A stretch of DNA of 64,000 bases from Candidatus Aldehydirespiratoraceae bacterium (GTDB lineage: Bacteria > Actinomycetota > Acidimicrobiia > Acidimicrobiales > Aldehydirespiratoraceae): the NCBI GenBank assembly GCA_965203375.1, contig OZ241886.1, positions 1,347,947 to 1,411,946 of the forward strand. The letters are read 5' to 3'. The notes beneath the pieces were generated by a model that was given only the letters and a program-made list of their open reading frames with translations, was not told where the DNA came from and searched no databases. The translations under genes were made by a program, and so were the position numbers. Below, in pieces: positions 26,446 through 36,741 of this stretch; the stretch's first letter is position 1, and every line of letters begins with the position of its first letter.

Positions 26446-28984
26446 TGGCGATGGCTTGCAGCACGTTCATCCGGCCGGCTCTGAAGGCCGGGAACAGGGC
26501 GGCCAGCAGGCCGAACACCAGCGACAGCGCCAGGTACAGCCCGAGCTGGAGCTTCGGCACCGTGATCACGTCGATGATGTCGGCGGGGATGGCCGCGGCG
26601 ATGGCCGCGCCGAAGCCCAGGCCCAAGACGATCCCGACCAGGGCCCCGTAGAGGGTCACCACCGCCGCCTCCCAGCGGATCATGCGCCGGGCCTGGCGGC
26701 GGGTCATGCCCACCGCCCGCAGCAGGCCGATCTCCCGGGTGCGCTCGAACACCGACAGCGTCAGGGTGTTGACGATGCCCACCAGGGCGATCAGCAGGGC
26801 GAACCCCAGGAACACGTTCACCAGAACCAGCAGGGTGTTGAGTTGGGACTCGGCCGAGGCCTGGTACTCCGAGCGGTCCTCCAGGTTGACCTGGGGGTAG
26901 CGCTCCAGCGCCCGCTCCAGGGCGGCGCGCACGCTCTCGGCGTCGGCCGAGCCGGCGTCGACGGCCACCACGCTGTCGCTGGCGGTCGGGCTCATCTCGG
27001 TGATCAGGCCCCGGTCGACCAGCCAGTTCCCCCAGAACGTGGCCGTCTGGCTGTAGACCGCGGCCACCCGGAGCCGCCGGGTCTCGCCGTTGGGGAAGGT
27101 GAAGTCCAGCTCGTCGCCCGGCCCCACCCCGAAGTCGCCGGCCGGGTCTTGGTGCAGCAGCACGCCCGAGGCCGGGTCGAAGTCCTCCAGCGAGCCCTCC
27201 ACGACGCCCAGGTTGGCCACCGAGTCGATGCCGTCCACGTCGGCCCCGGTGAGGGTATGGGTCTGGCCGCCGACCTGGGCCTGGCCGCTGTTGAAGGCCA
27301 CGACCCGGCCCGCCCCGGCTTGGCGCAGGTCACCGGCCAGCGCCGCGGGCAGCTCCTCCTGGCCCTGGCTGACGATGAAGTCGGCGGCCACCGTGGTCTG
27401 CAGGTTCTGGTTGAACGAGCTCTTGAGCGACTGGCCCAGGATGGCGACGGTGGTCACCAGGGCCAGGCCGATGGTGAGGGCCACCGCGGTGGCCGCGGTG
27501 CGGCGGGGGCTGCGGGCCGCGTTGGCCCGGGCCAGCCGTCCCGAGGTCCCGAAGATCCACCCCAGCGGCAGGGCCAGCGACGAGACCACGCCGCGGGCCA
27601 TCAGCGGGCTGAGCACGGCCACGGCCATGAAGACCAGGCCCGCGCCCACCCCCAGCGACACGAGCTGGGCGGTGGTGCTGTCGAAGGAGGCGAACAGGCC
27701 CCGCAGGGTGAGCAGCAGCCCCATCCCGGCCAGCAGTCCCCCGGCCACCGGCCGCCAGCGCTGGCGGGCGGCGGCCGCGCCGGCCGCGCCCTCGGCCAGC
27801 CCGGCGATCGGCGGCGTGCGGGAGGCTTTGATGGCCGGCAGCAGCGACGACACCACGGTGAGGCCGATCCCCAGCGCCGCCGCCCAGATCACGGTGCGCA
27901 GCCGCAGCGGCAGCGGGCCGTCGGGCAGATCCGCCCCAAACGCGCTGAACAGCCCGCGCATCCCCAGGGCGCCGAGCATCCCCAGGCCGATGCCGAGGGC
28001 GGCCGCGGCCACCCCGATCAGCGACGACTCGGCGAGCACCGAGCGCCGGACCTGGGCGGGGGTGGCGCCGATGGCCCGCAGCAGCGACAGCTCGCGGATG
28101 CGCTGCCCCAGCACGATGCTGAAGGTGTTGGAGATGATGAAGGTGCTCACGAACAACACGATGAAGGCGAACACCAGCAGGGCGTTCTGGAAGATACCGA
28201 TGAACCCCTCGAAGGCGTCGCCGAACTCCTCGGAGATGGTCTCGGCCGCCACTACCTCCGCCCCGTCGGGCAGCACCGCGCCGATGGCGGCCTGCACCTC
28301 GGCCGCGTCGCGTCCGGGCTCGGCCCGCACCCCGATGGTCTGGACCAAGCCCTCGATCCCGAACAGCTCTTGGGCGGTGGCGGTGTCGAAGATCGTGAAC
28401 ACCGCCCCCAGCCCGGCGTTGTCGGGGAAGCCGAACTGCATCACGCCGGTCAGCTCCATGGAGCGGGGGCCGGTGGTGGTGACCACCTGATAGTCGCGGC
28501 CCACCTCGAAGTCGTAGGACCCGAAGGTGCTGATGTCGAGGGCGAACTGGCCCGGCCCCCGGGGCCGCTCGCCCTCCATCAGGTACCACTGCGATATGGC
28601 CTCGTCCTCGGTCCAGTTGGACCCGGCCACCGGTCCGGCGTTGGAGGTGACCGCCTGGCCGGCGCCGTCCACCGGGGTGACGCCCTGGATGAAGAACGTC
28701 CCCGCCGCTGATTCCACCCCGTCGATCGCCGCCACCTGGTCCACCAACTCATCGGGCAGCAGCGGCGCCTCGGTGGTGGTCAGGTCGCCGAATTCGAGCC
28801 GGCCCCGCACGGTGAAGTCGGTGCCCGAGACGATGTCTTCGGAGAGCTGGTCGAAGCTGGCCCGCAGCGAGTCGGCTACCACGAAGGAGGCCACCACGAA
28901 GCCGACTCCGATCACCACCGTGGAGGTGGTGAGGGCGAACCGGATCTTGTTGGCGAGAAGGGACTTGAGGGCCAGTCGCAGCAC
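26435..28984 (-). CDS. ABC transporter permease, MacB/FtsX-type with two FtsX modules
   Basis: 849 aa, with the same architecture and clear similarity to 23754-26336. Confidence 0.85.
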   Translation of the reverse strand: MLRLALKSLLANKIRFALTTSTVVIGVGFVVASFVVADSLRASFDQLSEDIVSGTDFTVRGRLEFGDLTTTEAPLLPDELVDQVAAIDGVESAAGTFFIQGVTPVDGAGQAVTSNAGPVAGSNWTEDEAISQWYLMEGERPRGPGQFALDISTFGSYDFEVGRDYQVVTTTGPRSMELTGVMQFGFPDNAGLGAVFTIFDTATAQELFGIEGLVQTIGVRAEPGRDAAEVQAAIGAVLPDGAEVVAAETISEEFGDAFEGFIGIFQNALLVFAFIVLFVSTFIISNTFSIVLGQRIRELSLLRAIGATPAQVRRSVLAESSLIGVAAAALGIGLGMLGALGMRGLFSAFGADLPDGPLPLRLRTVIWAAALGIGLTVVSSLLPAIKASRTPPIAGLAEGAAGAAAARQRWRPVAGGLLAGMGLLLTLRGLFASFDSTTAQLVSLGVGAGLVFMAVAVLSPLMARGVVSSLALPLGWIFGTSGRLARANAARSPRRTAATAVALTIGLALVTTVAILGQSLKSSFNQNLQTTVAADFIVSQGQEELPAALAGDLRQAGAGRVVAFNSGQAQVGGQTHTLTGADVDGIDSVANLGVVEGSLEDFDPASGVLLHQDPAGDFGVGPGDELDFTFPNGETRRLRVAAVYSQTATFWGNWLVDRGLITEMSPTASDSVVAVDAGSADAESVRAALERALERYPQVNLEDRSEYQASAESQLNTLLVLVNVFLGFALLIALVGIVNTLTLSVFERTREIGLLRAVGMTRRQARRMIRWEAAVVTLYGALVGIVLGLGFGAAIAAAIPADIIDVITVPKLQLGLYLALSLVFGLLAALFPAFRAGRMNVLQAIATED

Positions 28985-29024
28985 GGCGGAACCTTCCTTC
29001 AGAGGCGAGGCGGCCGGGCGGGGC

Positions 29025-29768
29025 TCAGGTGCCCAGCCGGGTCATGCGGTCCCGGATGCCCTCGGGGGTGGGGTCGTTCAGCTCGTCCACGATCTTGCCG
29101 TCCACCAAGAACACCACCCGGTCGGCCCGGGCGGCCACCGCCGCGTCGTGGGTGACCATGACGATGGTCTGGCCCATCTCGGTGACGGCCCGGCCCATGA
29201 AGTCGAGGATCTCCGCCCCGGTGTTGGAGTCGACGTTGCCGGTGGGCTCGTCGGCGAAGATGATCTGGGGCTTTCCGGCCAGGGCCCGGGCCACCGCCAC
29301 CCGCTGCTGCTGGCCGCCCGACAGCTCGCTGGGCCGGTGCTTCACCCGGTCCCCGAGCCCGGTGGCGCCGACCACCTCGTCGACCCAGCCCCGGTCGCCG
29401 CCCCTGCCGGCCAGGTCCATGGGCAGGGTGATGTTCTCGATGGCGGTGAGGGTGGGCACCAGGTTGAAGGCCTGGAAGACGAACCCCACCGAGTCGCGGC
29501 GCAGCAGCGTCAGATCGCGCTCGGACAGGGTGGACAGGTCGGTGTCGCCGATGAACACCTGGCCGTCGGTCACGGTGTCGAGGCCGGCCATGCAGTGCAT
29601 CAGCGTCGACTTGCCCGACCCCGACGGGCCCATGATGGCGGTGAAGCGGCCCTGCTCGAAGGAGACGTCGATGGCGTCGAGGGCTCTGACCTCGGTGTCG
29701 CCGGACCCGTAGATCTTGGTCGCCCCGACGGCCTCGGCGGCCACGGCGAGAGTGGTGGTGTCGGTCAC
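29025..29768 (-). CDS. ABC transporter ATP-binding protein (MacB/LolD-like)
   Basis: Walker A GPSGSGKST, signature [15 protein letters not shown], Walker B IIFADEPTG. GTG 29768 is preceded by AGGAG; the ORF-track N-terminal extension to 29885 is unlikely. Confidence 0.9.
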   Translation of the reverse strand: MTDTTTLAVAAEAVGATKIYGSGDTEVRALDAIDVSFEQGRFTAIMGPSGSGKSTLMHCMAGLDTVTDGQVFIGDTDLSTLSERDLTLLRRDSVGFVFQAFNLVPTLTAIENITLPMDLAGRGGDRGWVDEVVGATGLGDRVKHRPSELSGGQQQRVAVARALAGKPQIIFADEPTGNVDSNTGAEILDFMGRAVTEMGQTIVMVTHDAAVAARADRVVFLVDGKIVDELNDPTPEGIRDRMTRLGT

Positions 29769-29805
29769 CTGGTCTCCTAGCGGGGTTGGGGACGGGCCGT
29801 CACTC

Positions 29806-30052
29806 TTACGCCCGCTCGCCCGGTTTCCAACCCACGGCGAGCCGCTTTCGCCCTGGATTGACGGCCTTGCCCCTGTTCGCCCCACGGCGGGTCGGGTCGA
29901 CTCCCCGGTCGAGCCGCTCTCGCAACCGGATCGACAGCTTGCCCCCGTTCGCCCCGTTCGCTCTCGATTCCGTCGAACCCCTCGGGCTTCGGGGTGCCGG
30001 ATCGGCGGCCTTGCGCCCGTTCGCCCCGTTCGAGCCCTGTTAGGGTTCGCCC
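29806..30052. repeat. degenerate ~68-70-bp tandem repeat (about 3.5 units) in divergent promoter region
   Basis: Units begin with C(C)TTGCNCCCGTTCGCCCC at about 29869, 29938 and 30009, with a more divergent unit from about 29806. Each unit ends ...GAGCCGCT.TCGC..GGAT.GAC.G. Confidence 0.5.
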
Positions 30053-30991
30053 GTGACGATTGTCGAGACGGCCGCGCTGACCCAGCGCTTCGGAGCGGCG
30101 GCCGCCCTCGACGGCCTCGACGTGGCCATCGGCGGCGGGGTCACCGGCCTGGTCGGGGCCAACGGCGCGGGCAAGACCACCTTCCTGTACGCGGTGCTGG
30201 GCCTGAGGCCGCCCACCTCCGGGTCGGTGCGGGTGCTCGGCCTCGACCCCGTGGCCGACGGCCCCGAGCTGCGGTCTTTGGTGGGGTTCGCGCCCGAGCG
30301 GAACGTGCTGCCCGACGAGATGCGGGCCATCGACTTCGTCCGCCACCTGGCCGAGGTCCGGGGCCTGCCCCGCAAGGAGGCCCGCACCCGGGCCTCCGAC
30401 GCCCTGTGGCTGGTGGGCCTGGGCGAGGAGCGGCTGCGGGCCCTCGGGACCATGTCCACCGGCCAGCGCCAGCGGGTGAAGCTGGCCCAGGCCATCGCCT
30501 CCGACCCCCGCCTGGTGCTGCTCGACGAGCCCACCGACGGGCTCGACCCGGTGCAGCGCAACGAGATGCTGGCCCTCATCCGCCAAGTCAGCAACGAGTT
30601 CGGCGCCGATGTCATCGTCTCCTCCCACGTCCTCGACGAGGTGGAGCAGGTCTGCGACAACGTGGTGGCCATCGACGCCGGGCAACTGGTGGCCAGCGGG
30701 GCGCTGTCGGATCTGGTGGGCGACAGGGGCGGCCTGGCCCTGGAGCTGGTCGAGCCGGCCGACTCTCCGGGGGCGGCCGCAGCGGTGGAGGCGGCGCTGC
30801 GGGCGTCGGGGCTGGGGGTGCGCCGGGACGGGGTCAGGCTGGTGGTGGAGGGGGCCGACCACGGCGAGCTGTGCGACCGGGTCCGCGACGCGGTGAGCGA
30901 GGCCTCCGCTGGCCTGCGCCGACTCGAAACCCGCCGCCACAACCTGGAGGACCTGTTCGAGGACCGCGCCGCCGAGGAGCTGTCGGCGTGA
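30053..30991 (+). CDS. ABC transporter ATP-binding protein (ABC-2 type)
   Basis: Walker A GANGAGKTT, signature MSTGQRQRVKLAQAI, Walker B LVLLDEPTDGLD. Confidence 0.9.
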   Translation: MTIVETAALTQRFGAAAALDGLDVAIGGGVTGLVGANGAGKTTFLYAVLGLRPPTSGSVRVLGLDPVADGPELRSLVGFAPERNVLPDEMRAIDFVRHLAEVRGLPRKEARTRASDALWLVGLGEERLRALGTMSTGQRQRVKLAQAIASDPRLVLLDEPTDGLDPVQRNEMLALIRQVSNEFGADVIVSSHVLDEVEQVCDNVVAIDAGQLVASGALSDLVGDRGGLALELVEPADSPGAAAAVEAALRASGLGVRRDGVRLVVEGADHGELCDRVRDAVSEASAGLRRLETRRHNLEDLFEDRAAEELSA

Positions 30992-31003
30992 GCGCGCTGG
31001 TGC

Positions 31004-31083
31004 CCGGCCGGCGGGTCCTGTCACGGGCGCGGATTTCGCCGACAAGCGGCGAAATCCTTGCCCCCGTGCCACCCACCGGCCTG
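31004..31083 (+). repeat. ~80-bp palindromic REP/MITE-like element, copy 1
   Basis: CCGGCCGGCGGGTCCTGTCACGGGCGC-GGATTTCGCCG-acaag-CGGCGAAATCC-TTGCCCCCGTGCCACCCACCGGCCTG. Perfect 11-bp central stem with imperfectly complementary outer arms. Near-identical copies at 34576-34656 and 42020-42100. Flanked by a 16-bp duplication (30979-30994 / 31110-31125). Confidence 0.85.
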
Positions 31084-31118
31084 ATGCATCGCGCTGACCG
31101 GGCCGAAGGGCTGTCGGC

Positions 31119-32023
31119 GTGAGCGAGGTCCCGTTGGCCCCTGAGGCCCCGACTGCTGACGGCGACGCCCAGATATTCGGCCGGGGCTACCGGCCCTACG
31201 AGGGGGACCGGGCCGGCGTCGGCGGCGCCGTCTGGTCGGTGGCCCGGCACTCGTTCCGGGCCGCCCTGGGGCTGGGGCGGCCGGCCCGGCACAAGATCCT
31301 GCCGGTGGCCGTCGCCGTCCTGTCGTTCCTGCCCGCGGTGGCGCTGGCCGGGGTGTCCGCCCTGTTGGGCTCCACCTTCGACTCCGCCGATGAGTTCCTG
31401 CCCCGCTACCACGAGTACTACGGCTTCATCGGCGTGTCGTTGGTCCTCTACTGCGGGCTGGTGGTGCCCGACATCCTGGTCGCCGACCGCCGCAACGGCA
31501 TGTTCGGCCTCTACATGTCCACCCCCCTGCAGCGCTGGAGCTACCTGGCGGCCAAGGCGCAGGCGGTGATGATGGCTATGGCCATCGTGACCGTCGGCCC
31601 CGTGCTGGTGCTGCTGCTGGCCTACACGGTCTACGGCGCCGGGCCCGAGGGGCTCGGCGGGTGGACGCTGGCCCTGGGCCGCATCCTGGGCGCCGGCCTG
31701 GCCTACGCCGGGCTGTACGCGGCGGTGAGCCTGGCCATGGCCAGCCTGACCGACCGCCGGGCCGTGGCGTCCGTCGGCGTGATCGGGCTGATCATCGGCA
31801 CTTCGATAATCGCTCCGCTGCTGGTGAATGAGGCTGAGATGAGCGCCCAGTTCCATCTCATGAACCTGCTGGCCATGCCCTTCAGCATGGTGGAGGTGAT
31901 CTTCGGAGAGCCGCCGTCCACCGGGGGGCTGACGGCCTTCGAGGTGGTGCGGGCCTGCGCGGGCTGGGCCGTGGCCGGCTGCGCCGCCATCGGGTGGCGC
32001 TACCGGCGACTGGAGGTCGGCTG

Positions 32024-32024
<1 letters not shown>
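31119..32024 (+). CDS. ABC-2 type transporter permease
   Basis: Multi-TM hydrophobic protein directly downstream of an ABC ATPase. GTG start overlaps a TGA (GTGA). Confidence 0.7.
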
Positions 32025-32998
<974 letters not shown>

Positions 32999-33007
<9 letters not shown>

Positions 33008-33142
33008 CCGGGCCGGCGCCCGAGGCGGTCAGGCGATGACCGGGTTGGCGCACCGAGGCGGTCAGGCGATGACCGCGGCCGTGACCCGATTGGCGGTCAG
33101 GCGATGACCGGGCTGGCGCCTTGTCGGGCGGTCAGGCGATGA
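32999..33142 (+). repeat. five tandem copies (32-35 bp) of the stop/start junction AGGCGATGACCG
   Basis: ATGA at 33004, 33036, 33069, 33104 and 33139. The first copy holds the ATPase stop and the last holds the permease start. Confidence 0.9.
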
Positions 33143-33891
33143 CCGCGGCGGCGGAGCGGCGGGCGGTGGCGTGGCCCCGGGCTTTGGCGGTGTCGTACCG
33201 GGTGCTGATCCGCCAAGTCCTGACGCCGGGGCGGCTGATCGGGCTGGGGCTGGGGGGCGTCGTGTTCGTCCTCATCGGCTGGGCCGTCCGCTCCGCCGAC
33301 GCCGCCGACCGGGCGGCCGACGCCGCCGTCCTGGCGTCGGGGGTGGGCCTGGCCTTCATCCTGCCGGTGTTCACGCTGATCTTCGCCACCGCGGTGCTGG
33401 GCCAGGCCAACGAGGACGGCACGCTGGTCTACCTGTGGCTGCGGCCCATGGACCGGGCCCCGATCGTGCTGGGGGGCCTGGCCGCGGCCCTGAGCCTGGC
33501 CGCGCCGCTGGTGCTGGCGCCGGTGGCCGGCGCGGCGGCCGCCGCGGGCGCGGACGCGCGGGTGATCGAGGCCGCGGCGGCGTCGTCGCTGCTGGGGGCG
33601 GCCGCCTACGGGGCCGTCTTCCTGGCCTTCAGCCTGGTGGTCAAGCGGTCGATCCTGTGGGGTCTGGCCTACGTCCTGATCTGGGAGAACATCGCCCCCG
33701 TCCTGGGCGACACGGCGGCCCGCCTGTCGCTGCGGAACTACACCCAGTCGGTGCTGGCCAACCTGAGCGGGATCGACCTTGAAGGCTTGGACCCGGTTGC
33801 CACCCCCGTGGCGATCCTGGTGCTGGCCGCGGTGGCCGCCGTGGCGGTGGCCTTGGCCTCAGCCCGCCTGTCCCGCCTCGACGTAGCCTGA
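33139..33891 (+). CDS. ABC-2 type permease-like membrane protein
   Basis: Hydrophobic multi-TM ORF following the ATPase. ATG 33139 lies in the last junction repeat. Confidence 0.65.
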   Translation: MTAAAERRAVAWPRALAVSYRVLIRQVLTPGRLIGLGLGGVVFVLIGWAVRSADAADRAADAAVLASGVGLAFILPVFTLIFATAVLGQANEDGTLVYLWLRPMDRAPIVLGGLAAALSLAAPLVLAPVAGAAAAAGADARVIEAAAASSLLGAAAYGAVFLAFSLVVKRSILWGLAYVLIWENIAPVLGDTAARLSLRNYTQSVLANLSGIDLEGLDPVATPVAILVLAAVAAVAVALASARLSRLDVA

Positions 33892-33915
33892 GCACCCCGC
33901 GAGGGATGCGACTCG

Positions 33916-34575
33916 GTGCTTTGCGCGGTGGCGGCCGCCGTCACCCACAGCGGCGCTGGCCCGGCCGCGGCCGAGGTGTTGCAGAACAGCGTCCGGATGT
34001 CGGGCCGCGAAGCGCGCCGGGTCGCCCGGGTGTCCGAACAGCTCGCCTCCATGCCCAACACGGCCGAGAGGCTGGCCTCGGGCGACATCACCATGGACCA
34101 TGCGACGGCTCTGGCCAACGCGGCCGAACAATGCGGCTCCGACACAGTTGACAGCGACGCGGCCTTGCTGGAGCGAGCCGGTCAGGCATCTTCGGACGCG
34201 TTCGCCAAAGAGGCCCGCGGGTTCGCCGCCCGCCGGTCTCCCGACCGGGGCGAGGCGCGGCTGGAGCGCCAGCGCCGGGCCCGCACCGCTTCGACCTTCG
34301 TGGACCGCGACACCGGGATGGGCCGAGTCTGCGCCGATTTTGACCCGATCAGATTCAACCTGGTCGAGCAGGCCATCGACAACCGCACCGACGCCCTGTG
34401 GCGGGCCGACGGCGGGCGCGACGGCAAGCCCGATCTGATCCGCACCAGCAGGCAGCGCCGGGTCGATGCCGTCTTCGAACTGATCACCGGCCGCGACGCC
34501 GACACCCGCCAGCCCGCCGCCGGCCAGCCCGCCGACTCGGGTGGCCGGGCCGGGCCGAGCGGCCGAGTGCGTTGT
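33916..34575 (+). pseudogene. DUF222 / HNH-endonuclease family fragment (13E12-type), lacking N-terminus and HNH domain
   Basis: The segment SGREARRVARVSEQLASMPNTAERLASGDITMDHATALANA...RLERQRRARTASTFVDRDTGMGRVCADFDPIRFNLVEQAID matches the middle of actinobacterial DUF222-HNH proteins. No HNH motif follows, and the reading frame runs into the REP-like element at 34576. Confidence 0.6.
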
Positions 34576-34656
34576 CCGGCTGGCGGGTCCTGTCACGGGC
34601 GCGGTTTTTGCCGCAAGCGGCGAAAAACCTTGCCCCCGTGCCACCCACCAGCCTGG
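34576..34656 (+). repeat. REP/MITE-like element, copy 2 (variant central stem)
   Basis: Same outer arms as copy 1. The central stem is GGTTTTTGCCG...CGGCGAAAAACC, i.e. changes on both arms relative to GGATTTCGCCG...CGGCGAAATCC. Confidence 0.85.
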
Positions 34657-34686
34657 CTCCTTCCGTTTCGGGAAAGGGTCGCTGGG

Positions 34687-34715
34687 TTGACACCTCGGAA
34701 AGATAGGACTATATA
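34687..34715 (+). promoter_or_regulatory. near-consensus sigma70/SigA-type promoter
   Basis: TTGACA (34687-34692), 17-nt spacer, TATATA (34710-34715), inside a conspicuously AT-rich patch about 35 nt upstream of the substrate-binding protein gene. Confidence 0.5.
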
Positions 34716-34749
34716 GAATATCAAATCTAGACTTCTATCCTTGGAGGGG

Positions 34750-35919
34750 ATGATCGTGCGACGAACTTTCAGCGGGCTGCGTCTCTGGTTGGCGCCTCTG
34801 CTGGTTCTGGCCCTAGTGGCCGCGGCCTGCGGTGGTGACGATGACGGCGACTCGGGGGCGACTGCGCAGGCGCCGGCTGCGACCGAGGCGCCCGCCCCGA
34901 CCGAAGCGGCACCCGAGACTGAGGCGGCGCCGGAGGCGACTGAGGCGGCTCCTGAGCCTGCTCCGGCGCCGGAGCCGACTCAGCCGCCGGAGCCCACGAC
35001 TATTCGCCTGGTTCCTTGGGGCGGGATGTTCATCGACTTCATCGACCTCTATGTCGGCGAGGAGAACGGCTACTTCGCCGAGGCCAACGTCATCGTTGAG
35101 CAGCTTCCGGGCCAGGGCGCGGGGGACGCGGTGCGCCAGTTGGTGGCGGGCAACGCCGACATCGCCATGGCCGACGCCTACTCGGGCTTCTTCGCCGTGC
35201 AGGCCGGGGCGGAGATCGAGGGCTTCTACTGCCCCTACACCCAGAACTGGCTGACGCTGCTGGTCAACACGGCCGCCGGCATAAGCGAGCCGGCCGACCT
35301 GCGGGGCAAGACCATCGCCGTCACCTCCCAGGCCTCCACCAGCAAGTGGTACGCGGCGCTGCTGCTGGCCGCCAACGGAATCACCGAGGACGAGGTGACC
35401 TTCGCGGCCACCGGCATCGACTTCGGCACCGCCCTGCTCAGCGGCGAGGCCCAGGCCGCGTCCACCTGGGGCAGCATCAACTGGGCCCTGTTCGAGGCCG
35501 GCGGCTTCCCCGACGACGTGGCCGGCGACTACGAGATCTGGCAGTACACCCAGGTCCCCGGCCCCAACGACGTGTACTTCGCCCACACGAGCTGGCTGGA
35601 GGAGAACGCCGACGCGGTGGCCGGGTTCATCGGCGCCCTCCAGAAGGCCAAGGCCTGGATCGAGGACAACCCCGACGCGGCGGCCGAGATCGGGTCCCGC
35701 TACGCGGTCGGCGCCGACAACATGGCCCGCAACCTGGCGGTGATCGACTACCGCATCGACATGCAGAACAACGGCCCCGGCGTGGCCGAGAACGGCAAGG
35801 GGTGGTGCGACGTGCCCACCATCCAGGACTTGGCCGACAAGGGCGTCGAGCTGGGAATCCTGGAGGAGCGGGTCGACGCGGCGTCGGTCATCTCCAACAA
35901 CTTCGTCGACCGCTCCTAG
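34750..35919 (+). CDS. ABC transporter substrate-binding lipoprotein (NMT1/THI5-like, NitT/TauT family)
   Basis: Signal peptide with lipobox (LVLALVAAAC), a Pro/Ala/Glu-rich linker, then an SsuA/TauA-like domain. Start could be ATG 34750 or GTG 34756 (GGAGG at 34744-34748). Confidence 0.8.
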   Translation: MIVRRTFSGLRLWLAPLLVLALVAAACGGDDDGDSGATAQAPAATEAPAPTEAAPETEAAPEATEAAPEPAPAPEPTQPPEPTTIRLVPWGGMFIDFIDLYVGEENGYFAEANVIVEQLPGQGAGDAVRQLVAGNADIAMADAYSGFFAVQAGAEIEGFYCPYTQNWLTLLVNTAAGISEPADLRGKTIAVTSQASTSKWYAALLLAANGITEDEVTFAATGIDFGTALLSGEAQAASTWGSINWALFEAGGFPDDVAGDYEIWQYTQVPGPNDVYFAHTSWLEENADAVAGFIGALQKAKAWIEDNPDAAAEIGSRYAVGADNMARNLAVIDYRIDMQNNGPGVAENGKGWCDVPTIQDLADKGVELGILEERVDAASVISNNFVDRS

Positions 35920-35955
35920 GCGGCGCGGCCCGGCTCACGAGAAGATCCTCGTCCC

Positions 35956-36729
35956 GTGGACGCCGAGCCCGCGGGGAGCGGTCGCATCGAGGTCGATCGG
36001 GTCACCAAGACCTACGCGTCCGACGCCGGAGACATCCGGGCGCTGGACGCCATCGACCTCGACGTCGCTCCCCGCGAGCTCGTCACCATCGTCGGGCCGA
36101 GCGGATGCGGCAAGAGCACGCTGCTGCGCTGCATCGGCGGCCTGATCCCCCCGTCGCAGGGCCGGGTCCTCATCGACGGCGAGGTGGTGACCGAGCCCGA
36201 CCCCCGCATCGGCTACGTCTTCCAGAGGGCGGTGCTGCTTCCCTGGCGCACCGTCGAGAAGAACGTGCTGCTGCCCTTCGAGATCGGCGGCCGGCCCACC
36301 CCCGAGAATCTCAAGAGCGTTCACGAGGCGCTGGAGATGGTCGAGCTCGGCGAGTACTCCCAGCTCCGCCCGGCCGAGCTGTCGGGCGGGATGCAGCAGC
36401 GGGTGGCCGTGGCCCGGGCCCTGGTCACCGAGCCGTCGATCCTGCTGATGGACGAGCCGTTCGGCGCCCTCGACGCCCAGACCCGCGACTCGATGAACGT
36501 GGAGCTGCTCCGCATCTGGCAGGAGGCCAAGCCCACCATCGTCTTCGTCACCCACGACATCGGCGAGGCCCTGTTCCTGTCCGACCGGGTGGTGGTGATG
36601 ACGGCCCGGCCCGGACGGGTACACGAGGTGGTGGAGGTGGACATTCCCCGGCCCCGGACCTTCGAGCTGGTCGAGGGCGACGAGCGATTCTGGTCCCTGC
36701 GCCACCGGATCAGAGCCGCGTTGGAGTAA
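35956..36729 (+). CDS. ABC transporter ATP-binding protein (NitT/TauT family)
   Basis: [38 protein letters not shown]. Confidence 0.9.
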   Translation: MDAEPAGSGRIEVDRVTKTYASDAGDIRALDAIDLDVAPRELVTIVGPSGCGKSTLLRCIGGLIPPSQGRVLIDGEVVTEPDPRIGYVFQRAVLLPWRTVEKNVLLPFEIGGRPTPENLKSVHEALEMVELGEYSQLRPAELSGGMQQRVAVARALVTEPSILLMDEPFGALDAQTRDSMNVELLRIWQEAKPTIVFVTHDIGEALFLSDRVVVMTARPGRVHEVVEVDIPRPRTFELVEGDERFWSLRHRIRAALE

Positions 36730-36741
36730 AGGGGGCGAACA

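Noticed and set aside
29777-31072. ORFs beginning MARGQGF... on the minus strand (also 33859-34644 and 41897-42088).
   Set aside because: The shared N-terminus is just the translated REP/MITE-like element, and the remainder is high-G+C antisense read-through of known genes.
34657-34749. Possible TPP riboswitch upstream of the NMT1/THI5-like substrate-binding protein gene.
   Set aside because: No THI-box-like conserved core is visible (CUGAGA ... ACCUGAUCUGGAUAAUGCCAGCG type). The region is better explained by a promoter in an AT-rich patch. An Rfam scan would settle it.
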